Source: Diplonema japonicum
Lineage: Eukaryota > Protista > Euglenozoa: Diplonemea
NCBI GenBank assembly: GCA_964019335.1
Contig: OZ025652.1
Location: 372,001 to 436,000 of the forward strand
Direction of reading: 5' to 3'
Length of the DNA: 64,000 bases
Shown here: positions 1 to 12,602 of the stretch, piece by piece
Layout of the letters: each line of letters starts with the position of its first letter
How positions within the stretch are numbered: position 1 is the first letter of the stretch
Position numbers and translations under genes: made by a program
The notes under the pieces: model-generated
What the model was told of the DNA's origin: nothing
Seen by the model: the letters and a program-made list of their open reading frames with translations, nothing else
The model's database searches: none

Positions 1-1002
1 ACTGTCTCTTTGCGACCGTTCCCGCCTTGAACCTTTTCTTTTCTACCAAACCCTTGCGTGCTTTTTTCACAGGTTTCATTTTTTTTTTCTTCTTTTTTTT
101 TTTTAAAAAAAAAATACCTTTTGTGAGTATGAGGGGTTTGGGGGTTTCATTTCAGCAGCATTACCTGAGCTGCCAGTAGTCATGAAAATGTGCCATGGAC
201 ACTGCTATTGACTCCATTGGGGGGTGGGGGGGCGAAGTAAAAAAATAAAAAATGGAAAATACAGCCAAGGGAGATAAAAGAAAAAGGGGAGGGGAAATGT
301 GGGGAGGGGGGAGTGGGGCAAATTTTATTCTCTGCACCCAAACTTTTGAAAACGGGGAGGGGGGGGGGGGGGGGGGGGGTAAGGGGAGGAAGACACAAAC
401 AAATTCTAAAAAAGAAAAAATAAAGAAAAAGAGGGGAAAAAATGGGGGTTAAAACAAAGGGGTTTTAAAAGGACACTTTTTTTTTTTCTTTCTCTTTTTC
501 TTCTTCTGAAGGGGGGGGGAAGCAGAGAAAAGGGACTTTTACACCAAATCGGTGTGTTTCTATCTGTTAATGCCGATGACAAAAAAAAAAAAGCGAAACA
601 GGAGAGGGAAAAAAAAACACACACGTCATGTGCTTTTCCTCCTATACCCATCTTTTTTTCTTTTTTGCTCCTTTAATCCTTTTTTGAGATCCTGCAGGTC
701 TTTTCTCCTTTAAACAAGACAGGAATCGAAATCTCTTAATAGAAGTGGGGAAGTGGGAAGGGTGAAGGGGGGCGGGCACAAAAAAAAAGGGGGGGTGGAA
801 GTAGAAGTAAAAAAACAATGGTGCGGGTGCGTTTACAAAGGGAGAGAATTTCTTTTTTTTTTTTCTAACTTTTTTTTTTATTTTTTATTTTTATATTTTA
901 ATCGCAGCGTCAACGTACCCTCTGCTGCTGGGGGCAATCACAAAAAAATACGTTGCAGTACGTTAAAGGATGATTTTTTTTTTTTTTCTTCTTCTTCTGC
1001 TT

Positions 1003-2937
1003 CTAATGCTGAGAGAGAAGGTGGTTCGAGAAACTCTTAAAGACATCCAGGAGGCCGTTCTTGGTCAACTCTTCCATCAACCTCCAGACAGTCTCAGGCT
1101 CTTCGCGAAGCTGTTATTATTTTTAAATTTTTTTTCTTCTTTTTTTTTTTCTTTTTTTAATTTTACCCAATACCTTATCCAGGAAAGTCTTAGAAAGCAT
1201 AACCTTCGACGTATCTGTGAGTGTCTGCACCTCATGTCTTACTGACAGAACATATAACGGAAGACAATTCTGAGCCGTCACCCATGCTTCGCATTCTTTC
1301 CTCAGGTCTTGATTCGTCAGCTCCAGCTCGCTGTCCATTTTGAGCGTCAGCGTGATGAGCTCCGGGGTGATCGGTTCTCCGTCATTTTCTATGGTCCCGC
1401 GATACAAGGCCTCGAAGAAGGCAATGTAAGTCTCATCAGAAAACATGTACTGTTCTTCGTTAGGGAACTGGTACGAGGACCCCTGTGTGGAATGTGCGAA
1501 AATGAAAGAACAATTACGTACCTCCCAGCGCTGCGTCTGCTGAGCTCTGTTGCGAAGCACCACCTTATGAAGCTGCATGCTTGCCCCCTTCGGGAGAATG
1601 ACCTCCATGTCAGAGAACACCCCCGACTTCGACAAACTGTTGAGGTCCACCGACAGCTGCCTCTCCTCGACGGCGGGGTTGAACGAAATATCACCAAGCT
1701 CCGCCTTTTTTTTTTTTTTTTTTTTTATTTTCCCCTTCCAAAAAAATAAAATGAAGTATCACACCTTCGAACGCATGATGAGCGACAGCTTCCTGTTGAG
1801 CTTTCCAGGGATGTCGTCGAAACGTGGGTCCTGGATGAGCTCGTCATAGTTGGCGGTGAGAACTCTCAAGAAAATAAGCTGAAGAGGGGAGTCCGTCGTC
1901 GACTCGCTGGATTGGATCACCTCCTGCACGCTCTCGCAGCCGATGAGCTGCAGGACGTTTTTCCCGGTGATGAGAGGCTGGCTGAGCTCAAGACACTTCT
2001 TCGCCAGTGTGATGAAGCTGTGCTCGGCGGCAAGTTGGTACAGGTCGATGAGGGTCTCGGGGTCGAGGCGGCCTTCGGGAACCTCCTCAGAATAGACGTA
2101 CCTGAGGAAGAGGTCGAAGACGGTCCGGTTCATCCTTTCTGAGAGGGTGATCGAACTGCCGTCAGAGTTGTCGTCGAAGAACGTAGGGCAGCGTGTGGAG
2201 ATAATACACTTGTGTGCCCTGATAGCCTCGCCTGAGGAGAGGACGAAGGACATATCAGTGAACTCCTGCTCGGGCCATTGCAGAGACGCGTTGATAGGTG
2301 TCTTATGATGAGTAGACTTGGTGGGCTTGGGGAGCTGCCCGAAGACGTATGTCCCATCAACACCAGGATCGATGACTTTGAGGAGGATCTCGATCTGGAC
2401 GCAAGGGACGGTCTCACCGTTTGTCTCGTGTCTCTCTATGAAGCCCACATCGGGGTTGAGCAGCCTCTCAAGCTGGATGAAGTGGTGCAGACCCCATGCT
2501 GAACCGGGCTTCTTGAAGTGGCAGTGGAAGTTCTTACCCTTGCTCTTCTCAGAGTCCCTGTTCACAATGCTAATTTTGAAATGACCATAGGTACCGCCCG
2601 CATTGGTATGCACGCACTGAAGGTGCACTGCCAGGTACACGACTCCGTTTTGTTGGTCGGTTCTTTGCTGAAGGTGCATTCTCCACGGCACACCAGCAAC
2701 CATGAACTCGTCACTGTACTTGGAGTTCACTGTGTCCAGCTCCCTCACCTCAGATAGAGGTGCTCTGTACTTCCATAGGGAACATTTGGGTTCAAGCTCC
2801 TCTTCGAGCGTCATCCCAATACCCTCACCCATGTGCTTCGTTGTTTGCACCCTCCCCGGCGACCCGTACATACTCTGGTACGGGGAGAATGCCGCCCCTG
2901 TCTCCATCGACTGCCTCCCTAGAAGGGGGGTATCCAT
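1003..2937 (-). CDS. MATH-BTB(-BTB) domain protein (SPOP-like), 3 exons
   Basis: Exons 2937-1765, 1704-1174, 1110-1003. GT-AG introns 1705-1764 and 1111-1173 restore the frame. MATH motifs (FMVAGVPWRMHL, SAWGLHHFI), BTB motifs (FTDMSFVL..AHKCIISTRC..F, FLRYVYS) and a second BTB-like region (FSDMEVIL..LHKVVL). Confidence 0.85.
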
Positions 2938-3018
2938 TTTCTTTTTCTTTTTTTATATCTCCCTTCTTATTTCTTTTTCTCGTTGGTCGATAATAGTATA
3001 TTAAAAAAAAAAAAAAAA

Positions 3019-3936
3019 TCATGGCAGCTTCCGAAGCAATGCCTTGGCGAGGAAGAGCTCCCGCCCAAGAGACACGGCCTGCTTCACGAAGTCGTCGGCT
3101 GGCAAGTTTCGTTTATCTAACAAACACAAATCATCCTCCACCGCGGATATAAGAGCGAGAGTTTCAATTCTCTGAAGGCTGCGAGGTGATGACGGGGGTA
3201 AATCGGCAACTGTAAAATGGGTTTTAGGCTTGTGAACGGCCACCCAGGAACGGAGGGAGGCTAACTGGGCCGTTAAGGCCTCGACTTCTGGTTCGAGCAC
3301 AAGAATTTCACGGGATACAGTTTCATGGGCCGACTGGGCCTCGCGAAGAGTGCTCTTGTGTTCAGATATTTTACTGGCGGTTTTATTGATGTTAGAGATT
3401 CGTTGCTGACATAATGTGACGAGCTTTCTGTGGGTTTCGTTTCGAAGGAGGTAGCTTTCTCCTAGCGTAACAGCACGTCCCTTGGTCAGACGAACTCCAC
3501 TGTCGGTGCTTGGTGCTTTCCATTTAGGTTGCAGCGGTGGGTTTGACTCGAAGCAGTTTAGCATATCCCCAATAACGTAGTTAAGGGTGAACTCTCCCAT
3601 CCATTTTATCTTCACCCTACCACCCAAATCGAGGTTTGGATGCCCTCTGCAAAACATAGTTCCATTGGAAGGTATAACATAGCACAGAGGTGGGTGGGTG
3701 GGGTACATTTTTGGCACCCACACATTAAGTCCTATACCTTTAACGGTGCCGGACAACTTAACCCATCTGCTCACAGTGGAGTCACTTCCATAATGGTCCG
3801 CTGCCGTCACCTCGTTCATCCCTTTGTAGTGTAGTAACACGTTCTGGTACTCTTCCAGCACTCTGCTGACACATGCTGCGGGGTACTCTAGGACATCCAA
3901 CGCGCTGTGGAGCTTGTTCAGTAGAATGATCGTCAT
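3019..3936 (-). CDS. ESCRT-I Vps23/TSG101-like protein
   Basis: UEV-like motif (LSGTV..NVWVPKMYPTHPPLCYV, HPNLDLGGRV), a coiled coil, and a steadiness-box-like C-terminus (AVEDDLCLL..DDFVKQAVSLGRELFLAKAL). Confidence 0.75.
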   Translation of the reverse strand: MTIILLNKLHSALDVLEYPAACVSRVLEEYQNVLLHYKGMNEVTAADHYGSDSTVSRWVKLSGTVKGIGLNVWVPKMYPTHPPLCYVIPSNGTMFCRGHPNLDLGGRVKIKWMGEFTLNYVIGDMLNCFESNPPLQPKWKAPSTDSGVRLTKGRAVTLGESYLLRNETHRKLVTLCQQRISNINKTASKISEHKSTLREAQSAHETVSREILVLEPEVEALTAQLASLRSWVAVHKPKTHFTVADLPPSSPRSLQRIETLALISAVEDDLCLLDKRNLPADDFVKQAVSLGRELFLAKALLRKLP

Positions 3937-4245
3937 TTCATTTCACCCACTCTCTTTCCACTTTTTTTTTTAAAAGATTTTTTTTTTCTCCCGCCCCTTT
4001 TTTTCCGTAAAAGAAAAATGAAGGGAAAATAGAACCCTCCCTTTTTTTTTTTTTTTTTTTTTTTTTTTACCGCACTGAAAAAAAAAAAAAAAAAAAAAAC
4101 AAGGGGGAAAGTGTTAGCAAAAAGAAAAAACGCGCAAAAAAGACCACGTTCCCCCTCCAAATGGAACACGCCCCCGGAAGGAAAGAAAAAAAAAACAAGA
4201 AAAAAGAGGGGTGGGATTAAAAAATTTTTTCTCCCCCCCCCCCGC

Positions 4246-5079
4246 TCAAAAAGTCATCAATAGTACAACGGCGAAGATCAACACGACGCACACCCACAAT
4301 CGGGACCGGAAGGGGCGCGCGGCTTTCTCCCGTTTTTGTATCTCGGTGTTGATCTCCAAAGGCGTTGTGAGGTGGAAGGAATACCGTTTTTTCAAAGGTG
4401 TAAGCGGATAGCCATGCTGAGATATGGCGGTCAGGATTTTAGAGTGTTGATGGAAAATAGCTGTTTCGACAACCTGCCTGTCGGGAGTGCCGCCACGAGA
4501 GAGAAGTACATCCATACACAGGACACTGTTGGAAATTGCAGCATTGAATAAAGGCGATGCACGAGATGAATCAGAAGCATCAGGATCTGCTCGATGATCT
4601 AGAAGGACGGTGCAGCATCTTGGGTGGTTGAAAAACGCTGCAAAATGCAAAGGTGTCCACCTGTCTTCGTTTCGGGAATCTACCTTCGCGTTGCCCTTCG
4701 ATATGAGCACATCCACCACCTGTTCATGGCCTCTAGCTGCCGCCTCGTGAAGGTACCTCCCGCCTTTCGCCATAACGCCTGCTTCCAAATCAACCGTCTT
4801 CCTTTCGAGAAAGTCGATAATACCTATCTCATCGCCAGTCTTTACCAGTTCTAACAGCTCCGGGTCGCCCCTTGCTATTGTTATTTCTGAACCGCTTGTC
4901 AGGCCTATGTTCGCCACTAAACATGCGTCCTGCCCTTCCCAGTCACGATCATGATACACCACACAGTCCCCCCACGTTACCAATTGCTGTATCTCTTTCT
5001 TCAGCTGCCCCAACGTTTCCTTCCCATCCACTGTTATTTCATGGCTCGGTCCATTGTAGATATTTATCCGGAGGTCCAT
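4246..5079 (-). CDS. Ubiquitin-like + ankyrin-repeat tail-anchored protein
   Basis: N-terminal Ubl-like segment (EITVDGKETLGQLKKEI), ankyrin repeats (YLHEAA, TPLHFAA, SPLFNAA) and a hydrophobic C-terminal helix. Confidence 0.7.
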   Translation of the reverse strand: MDLRINIYNGPSHEITVDGKETLGQLKKEIQQLVTWGDCVVYHDRDWEGQDACLVANIGLTSGSEITIARGDPELLELVKTGDEIGIIDFLERKTVDLEAGVMAKGGRYLHEAAARGHEQVVDVLISKGNAKVDSRNEDRWTPLHFAAFFNHPRCCTVLLDHRADPDASDSSRASPLFNAAISNSVLCMDVLLSRGGTPDRQVVETAIFHQHSKILTAISQHGYPLTPLKKRYSFHLTTPLEINTEIQKREKAARPFRSRLWVCVVLIFAVVLLMTF

Positions 5080-5364
5080 TCCCCCCCGAATTTCTGGGAA
5101 TGGGGGTTAAGTTAAGGTGAGGAGAATGCTGTTGTAAAAAAAAAAAAAAAAAAAAAGAAACATTTAAGGGGAAAAAAAAAAGGGATTGTATTTCACCCGT
5201 TTTTCTCGGCCTCTCCGTTTTTTTTGGGGGGCCTTTTTTTTTTCCATCAGAAATTCGTTTTTTTTTTTTTTTTTTAAACCAACAAAAAAAGAAATTACTG
5301 CGAGGCTAGACACAAAAAAAGGCTAGGCAAGAGCTTTGAAAAAAAAAAAAAAAAAAGAGACATT

Positions 5365-5400
5365 TAAGGGTACCTGCGGTATGTGGCAGGACGCCTAAAA
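5365..5400. repeat. Mini-palindrome family, copy 1
   Basis: TTAA-GGGTACCTGC-GGTATGTG-GCAGGACGCC-TAAA; similar to 7566-7603 and 45786-45839. Confidence 0.7.
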
Positions 5401-5553
5401 AAAGGGGGGGGAAACAAAAAAAAAAAAAAAAAAAAAAAACCATTCAGTAATATAAAAGAGAATCGAGAAAAAAAAAAGAAGAAGGAAAAAAAAAAACAAT
5501 AAACGATGATCACATCGAGGGGGGGAAAAAAATAATGGGGGGTTAACTAATTC

Positions 5554-6955
5554 TTACGCCAAATGAGGAACAGCTATGGACAGCACATTGTCGGCATACT
5601 GTGTAAATAATTTCATTTACAAAAAAAAAAAAAAAAAAAAAAAATACCTGAGCGCGAACGGCGTTAGATGGCAAGGGGGCGGGGAGCGTGTAATATTTCT
5701 CAAACGAGCCCCATTTCCCTTTCGAAAGGTACCTCGCGAAGTCATTCTGCTGCCTGTTGAAGATTGTCTGGGACCTCGACGGGTTCTTGCGCAACGCCTG
5801 GGTGAGCTGCTCAACAATCTGCTCCACCTCACCCTTCGTGGGGAGGCACGACCCAGTAATGGAAAGAACATCCCCATTAACATTCACCTCACAAGTGTCG
5901 GGAGAGAGAGAAGGGAGGTAAGTACTGATAAGCGAGAACTGAGGCCCGTTTCGCTCGGAAAATTCAGGTTTGATTCCAATGGGTTTCCATGTGTCTGGGT
6001 TGAGCATGGTGGTGGCGAGGGTTTTCAGCCATGTTTCGGTTTCCTCTTTTTCTTCTTTTTGCTTGGCGGTTTTTTCCTGCCGTTCAAGCTCGCTTTCTGT
6101 GGCGGTTTGCAGCACGCTGATCCTCTTGGCTACCTCGTCAACCGTTTCCAGCAAATTATGGATTTTCACGATCTCGGATTTCACCGTTTCATCCGCGGGG
6201 ACCCCTTCAGCAACAGCAGTCTGCGTCTGCTGTTGCAAGGAAAGGAGATCTTTCATGAGATTCGAGGTAGATTCTTGGCATTTCTCCTGCACCTTTGCAA
6301 GTTCTTCAGAATACGATGTTGGGTCTTGCTTTACATTCTCCCATTTAATATCAGTAGCTTCCACAAGATCCTGGACGGATTTTGCGTGGGACGTCACGTT
6401 GATTTGTAACGCGGCGGTCTCTTCTTCTTCTCGAAGCACCTTTATCGCTTCGTCGATCAGGCCCATAGCCTTCTCTTTCGACTTGTAAGAAGACCATTCG
6501 AGGTCGGATTTCAAATTTTGCATTTGCGTGATGATCACCCTGTGTTTGTTTTGCGCGTTCATTAGTTCGTCTATTTTGCTGGTTGTAAGCCCTTCGACGT
6601 AGCCACTGGCATCTGACACTGTGGAATGTACAAGTTCTCTTATAAACCTGTCTGGGTGATCTATTGGGTCGTAGCTTACTCCTGATAAGAAGGCGATGGC
6701 CTCGCCGCCTCTCTTTCTTAGGCGTGGTTCGGTATTGCTGGAATCCAGGTATTCATAGATGGCGGCAGAGTGGTCCGCAGCGTCTTGGAGGAGGCCTTTC
6801 ACGGAGTCGCTGGTGAACTGTGGAGTCGCCCAGCCTTTTCGAAACCTTATGTGGTCCCAGTACTGCAGATAGCTCTGCTGGATCGCTGACGCATGATCGC
6901 TCTTTTGCGTTGTGAGCATCCTTAGCTGTCTCGAGAACGCGCTTCTCATAAACAT
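5554..6955 (-). CDS. Coiled-coil protein with C-terminal Hsp20/alpha-crystallin-like domain, possible mitochondrial presequence; 2 exons
   Basis: Exons 6955-5648 and 5598-5554. The spliced C-terminus reads YLPSL..EVNVNGDVLSITG...GSFEKYYTLP..VRAQYADNVLSIAVP, an ACD pattern. The N-terminus is Arg/Ser-rich and lacks acidic residues. Confidence 0.7.
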
Positions 6956-7565
6956 TTTTTTTTTTTTTTTTCCCTGAATTTTTTTTTCTTTCCCAAAAAG
7001 AGGGGAACGTTATGAGTAACAAGGGGGAGGGGGGGGGGTTACGGGAGAAAAAAAAAAAAAAAAACGGGGAATTGGGAAAAAAAAAATGGGGGAAAAAAAA
7101 AAAAAAGAAATTCTACAAGGAGAAAAAAAATTAAATTTTGTGTGGGGTTGTTGTTTTTTCTTCTTCTTTTTTTTTTTTCTTCGTTCCCCTTTTTCTCCCC
7201 CTTTTTAGTTTTTTCAAAAAGATTTTAATTTTTTATTAAGGGGGGTGGGAGAAGAATAAGAGGGGGGATTTCTTTTCTTTTTTCTTTCTTAAAAGAAGAA
7301 CACTACCAAAACCCCGTAAGGCTGGTGTCACATTTTACTTATTTTTCTTCTCCCTTCTTCTTTGCTCGCCCCCATCTCCATAAGTATTTTTAAAAAAAAT
7401 TAAGAAAGGGGCAGACGGAAAATAAAAAAGGGGGCAAGGCTTTGGTAAAAACTTATTTAAGCCACACACAAATCACAGTAACACCCTCCCCTTTTTTTTG
7501 TTTTCCCCCCAAAAAAAAAAGACTGGAAAAGTCGTTGCCCCCTCCCCTGAAAATAAAAGATGTCT

Positions 7566-7603
7566 TTGAAGGGAACCTGCAGTATGTGACAGGATCGCCT
7601 AAA
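7566..7603. repeat. Mini-palindrome family, copy 2
   Basis: TTGAA-GGGAACCTGC-AGTATGTG-ACAGGATCGCC-TAAA. Confidence 0.7.
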
Positions 7604-7755
7604 TAAAAAAAAAAACACACTTTCTCCTCACTTACTTCTCTTTTATTGTTTCCCCACCGTTAGGACAGAAATTAGTATCGAGTTCTTTTATTCACAGATG
7701 AGGGAGGGTGAAACACTAGATTAACTAAAAAAAACCGCTTTTTTCTCCCCTTTCC

Positions 7756-8596
7756 TTAAACGTCTTTAGTAGGGGGAAACGATGAAGCAGGCCCCATATG
7801 AGAATCGTTCTGGCCATGACGGCGGTCAGGGCCTCCTCGGTCATGTCCATATCTGTCCCCTTTGCCTCCCTGTTTCAGATCTCCTCGGGGACCGTTGTTT
7901 GACCGGTTCCCAGGTGGGTTTCCCCGCCCCCCACCACGACGGTGGTCATAACCCTTCTTGCCGCCTTTTTCACCACCTTTCCTGTCGTGCCAGTAATCTT
8001 CTCTTTCGTGCTATTTTGGTGGTATTCTTTTTTTTTTTTTTTTTTTAAATACCTCATAAGTGTTTTTCGCGCCCTTGCCCCCATTCGGCCTACTATGCTC
8101 CTCTTCTTTTTCCTTCTCCATTTCTTGCTTTCCATCCACCGGAGCTGTCACTCTCTGTGTTACTCTCTTCAGTGGCGCTGGCCCGTCTGCAAGCTTCGTT
8201 CTTTGCCGTTTTATTTCTTCGATCGCTGCTTTCCTTTGGCTTACTTGTGCCTTGGTCCACTCCTTCTTGAGCGCTTCTTGTTGTTTCTTTCTCTTCATAA
8301 GCTCGTCTTGTTGCACCTCGTACTCTTCCCTCGCCAGTTTTTTCTTCGCCAGTTCCGACGCCTCGCCTTGCGTTGCTTTCTTTCTCCTTTCTATTGCAGC
8401 GAGCTTTTCCTGTATCCTGGACTCCTTCGCCTGGTTCATTTCCTCTTCTTCTTTTTTTCTTTTTTCGATCGCTTTTTGCATTTGTTTCACAAGTGTTGCA
8501 TCGGGGTCGTCGTTGCCACCCCCGTCCTTGTCCCGGCCCCAATTTGACGGCAGTTCCTTGGTGAAGTCCATTTCCTCGTCGTCTTCTGCCCATTCT

Positions 8597-8628
<32 letters not shown>

Positions 8629-9219
8629 CCCTCTCTCTTTTGCATTACCTGTTATCTCATGAGGTGCTTGTTGTTGTGGCTGAGGTGCTTGCTGCTGTTG
8701 CTGCGGTAGTTGTTGTGGTTGCAGGGGAGGGTGTTGTGGCTGCTCGGGCTGCTGCTGCAGATCAACGTGGCCTGGCGGCATCACTTGCTGGTCCCGTTGT
8801 TGCGACCAAGATTTGCTGCCCTGTTTTGTTTTTTATTCCCCCTCTTTTTTCTTTTTAAACCCTCATACCCAGACGGCACCACCAGGGAGGGAACGGTTCA
8901 CATGAGTGGCAGTAGGAGGGATGGGATTGGGTTGTGGAGGGAGTTTTGTGTTGTCTTCTTCGACAGACGATGGAGAAGCAGGTGAGATGGACGCGCCGTG
9001 AGGTGGTGTTTGTGAATTTGGCCGCCCCCACCGACCAGTCTGCCTGTCCTCACCCCTGAACGTTGGTTCATGTCCTGTGGCCCTCATTGATGGAAGTTGC
9101 GTAGGCCCGCTTGGTAGCTTCTTTTTTGCTGCAGATGTCACACCCCCTTTCTTAAAAATACCTCCTGACTGCTGGCCAAACACTCCAGCTTTTTGTATCC
9201 CACCACCCTTGCCCCTCAT
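7756..9219 (-). CDS. Low-complexity Q/P/G-rich coiled-coil protein (possibly PRRC2/BAT2-like), 4 exons
   Basis: Exons 9219-8869, 8820-8649, 8594-8053 and 8010-7756 give a continuous ORF. A WAEDDEEMDF motif is followed by an E/K coiled coil and an RGG-like tail. The family call is weak. Confidence 0.6.
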
Positions 9220-9470
9220 GCAATAGTTCGCAGGGCTTTGTTTCTCTCCTTTTTTCCCTCTTCCTCTTCTTTTTTTTTTTGTTTTCCTTTTCTTTTTTTT
9301 TTTAAAGTTTCTTTTTTTTTTTTTTTTACCTTTGTTGTTGTTGTTGTTGTCTTTTTTTTTTGAGCCCCCCTTTTTTATTTTTTTTATTTTTGTGGGCTTA
9401 CAGTTCTAAAAAGTTCAATACAATAAAAGGGGAAGTCACACTGTTTGTTTAAAAAAAAAATGGGGGGAAC

Positions 9471-9516
<46 letters not shown>

Positions 9517-10021
9517 GGTAACGACACAAGTTCGGCGCAACCAGATTTAACTTGCGGGGTAGAGGGAACTGGTTTAGTAATGCGAGATAAGAGCCAGCAG
9601 TGGGAGGGCTGAAGCAGGGAATAGCGAGTACCAAAAAAAAGAAGGGGGGCAAAAAAAAAGAGGGGCAAAAAAGGAATATCTCAATATCTCATTTTTCTTT
9701 CTACTTCCCCCCCCCCCTTTTTTTTTGGGTTCGTATACTCTTGTTTCTCGTTGCTTCCGTTGATTCCTCAGCGACGCATCGCAAGACTAAAAGGGGAGGG
9801 GGGGATGTGCTTCTGCACACCTGGGTGAGTAGCGTATGTGTTAAGCTTTTATCACACGGACCATTGAAACTGCTTAGTCATCTGGCCCGGGATCTTGCTC
9901 AACATATCCTGCTACGAAGGTTATGAAGAAAACACGCACTTTAAAGAAAAAAAATATTTTAAAAAAAACCCGTTCAACTCGAGCTCCTCAGCAAACTTCT
10001 GTGACCCCATAGAGTGACTCT

Positions 10022-11622
10022 TCACGGGGTAGCAAAGGGACCGTCCACCTTGATCATGCACGTCTTCGTCTGTTTTGAAGAAGAAAAAAAAAAGGATGAA
10101 ATTTATCTTACATTCCCGATTTCCATACCTCACTGTACAAGGACATGACATGGGGGCCAAGCTCTCTGCCGATGCCGGACATCTTGAAGCCACCGAAGGG
10201 CTGTGCCGTGTCGAAGGAGTTGTAGGTGTTCACCCACACAGTCCCAGCCTTCACATCGTCCAGGTAACGGAAGGCGGTGTTGATGTCCTTGGTGAAGATG
10301 CCCGCAGCAAGCCCGTAGCAGGAGTCGTTCGCCCTCCTGATCACCTCATCCATCGTCTTGTAGCTCATCACAGACATCACGGGGCCGAAGATCTCCTCCC
10401 TTGCGATTGTCATGTCGTCCGTCACGTTCGTGAAGACAGTGGGCTGGATGAAGTATCCCTTCGAGTGGGCCTTCTTCCCCCCCACCACGCAGTTCGCACC
10501 CTCAGCCTTCCCCTTCTTGATGTACCCGTACACAGTGTTGAACTGCTCCTCGCTCACCTGAGGGCCCATCTGCACATCGGCGCTGAAGGGGTTCCCCTGC
10601 ACCCTCTTCTTCGTTGCCTCCACAAGCTTCCTCACGAACTCATCGTGGACGTTCTCGTGGACGAACACCCTGGAGGAGGCGGTGCACACCTGGCCTTGGT
10701 TGAAGAAGACACCCACCTGTGCAGCCGCCACAGCATTGTCAAGGTCCGCGTCCTCGCAGATCACGAGGGGTGACTTCCCACCCAGCTCGAGGGACACGGA
10801 TTTCAGGTTGCTCTCAGCAGCAGCCTTCATGATGACGTGCCCGATGGCGGTGGAACCGGTGAACCCGATCTTGTCAACATCCATGTGCTTCGCGAGGATT
10901 CCACCACAAGTGGGGCCGAAACCCGGGAGGATGCTCACCACACCAGGGGGGAAGCCGGCCGCAACGATGAGCTCAGCGAGACGGAGCGCCGTCAAAGGGG
11001 TCTGCTCAGCAGGCTTCACGATGATGCAGTTCCCTGCAGCAAGGGCCGGGGCAAGCTTCCAAGTAGCCATGAGGAGGGGGAAGTTCCACGGGATCACCGC
11101 AGCGCACACACCCTTCGGCTCCACCTTGGTGAAGGACATGAAGTCCCCGTCCACAGGCATGGTCTGCCCCATGATCTTGTCAGCCCAACCAGCGAAGTAC
11201 CTGAAGCACTTGATGCAGAGCTGAAGGTCGACGTTCTTCGACTCCCCAAGGGGCTTCCCGTTGTCGAGGGTCTCGAGGGTCGCGAGTTCCTCCTGGTACT
11301 CCTCGATGAGGTCAGCAAGCTTCAGGAGGAGGTCCCTCCTCTTGGACCCGTCGGTCTTCCTCCACCCTTCGAACGCCTTCCTGGCGGCAGTCACTGCGGT
11401 GTTAACGTCAACCTCCCTCGCCTCCGCCACCTGGCAGATCTCCTCCCCAGTCGCGGGGTTGATCGTGGCAAAGGTGTGCCCGCCGGCAGCGTCCACGAAC
11501 TTGTTGTTGATCAAGAGCTTCGTCTGGAAAGGAGCAGCCGAGGAACCGTTCGAGTTCTTCTTTGCAGAGAAGCGGCCCTTCTTCGCGGGCCTCTCATAAT
11601 CGCTGGAGTCATCGCTGTACAT
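10022..11622 (-). CDS. NAD(P)-dependent aldehyde dehydrogenase (ALDH1/2-like), copy 1; 2 exons
   Basis: PWNFP, FTGST, LELGGKSP, catalytic Cys in FFNQGQVC, and EEIFGP. Intron 10070-10128; last exon TKTCMIKVDGPFATP*. Confidence 0.95.
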
Positions 11623-12369
11623 CTTGATGTGCTGTGCGGGTGGTCTGGTGTGAATGCATTGGATCGGGTAGCAAAAAAGAAGGGGGGGGAAAAGAAGAAA
11701 AAACACTTTTATGAAGACGTTATAAAAAAGCAAAGGAGTTGGCGCAAACTTCTTTTTCTTTTGCCCACCCTACCTCCACTGCTTACTGTTGTGTACAATA
11801 AAAGGAAAATAAAAAAGGGGTTTTTTTCTTTATATAAAAAATAGTTCTTTTTCGTTCCAATCCCTCCTCCGGGGGCGTGTTCAAAAAAGTTTCGTAAAAT
11901 TGATTGAAAAGGGTAGTTTTTATTTTGGCCATAAAAAAAAAATATAAGAAAAACAGATTTCTTTTTTCGAAGCGTTATTCATGTTGAATATTAAGAGGGA
12001 TGCAACACTTCGAAAAAATTGACAAAATACCAAAAGTGCTTCCATCACGTAAGGAAGACTAAAGTACATTGCGACCGTCTTTGTTGTTTGCTAAACTTTC
12101 GCCCATCAATCAAAAGTTGATACTCCCAAGGAGAAACTTAAAAAAAGCCCCCCATTATGCCAGCTGTATCTATCTTTTCCGTACTTTTTACCCAGGAAGG
12201 GGGGGGGGGGGGGGGGGTAGGAGGGAAGCGGGAAGAAAAAATGATTTTCCAAGAGCGGGAGAAGGGTAGAGAGAAAGACCAGGACTAAGGAGATAAAAAA
12301 GAGAAGGATGTACCTTTTTGCGCGTAGTAGAAGTAAAAGAAATTCGATACTATATATATATGAGATAAA

Positions 12370-12451
12370 GGAAGCAGTGTTGGTGTAACCAAGATTCTGC
12401 GCTAGCGCAGTTAGCTGCATTCTCTATATCTCTATGTTATCCCACCACCAA
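12370..12451. mobile_element. Degenerate dispersed repeat (SINE/SIDER-like), internally deleted copy
   Basis: GTAACCAAGATTCTGCGCT..GCAGTT.GCTGC and ATGTTATCCCACCACCAA match 61757-61790 and 61891-61909. Confidence 0.65.
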
Positions 12452-12602
12452 GTAAGGGAGGGGGCGCGTTAGAAATCAGAAAAAGAAAAAAAAAAGTCAA
12501 ATGTGGAAGAAGTTAACCTACGGCAAGGAAAGAATATTATCGCAACACAAAGGTGATACAACCATCAGGAGATCAGCTTCTGTGACCCCATAGAGTGACT
12601 CT

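Noticed and set aside
180-1245. Short K/F/P/G-rich ORFs here and in all intergenic regions
   Set aside because: They are translations of homopolymer runs that lack stops by composition.
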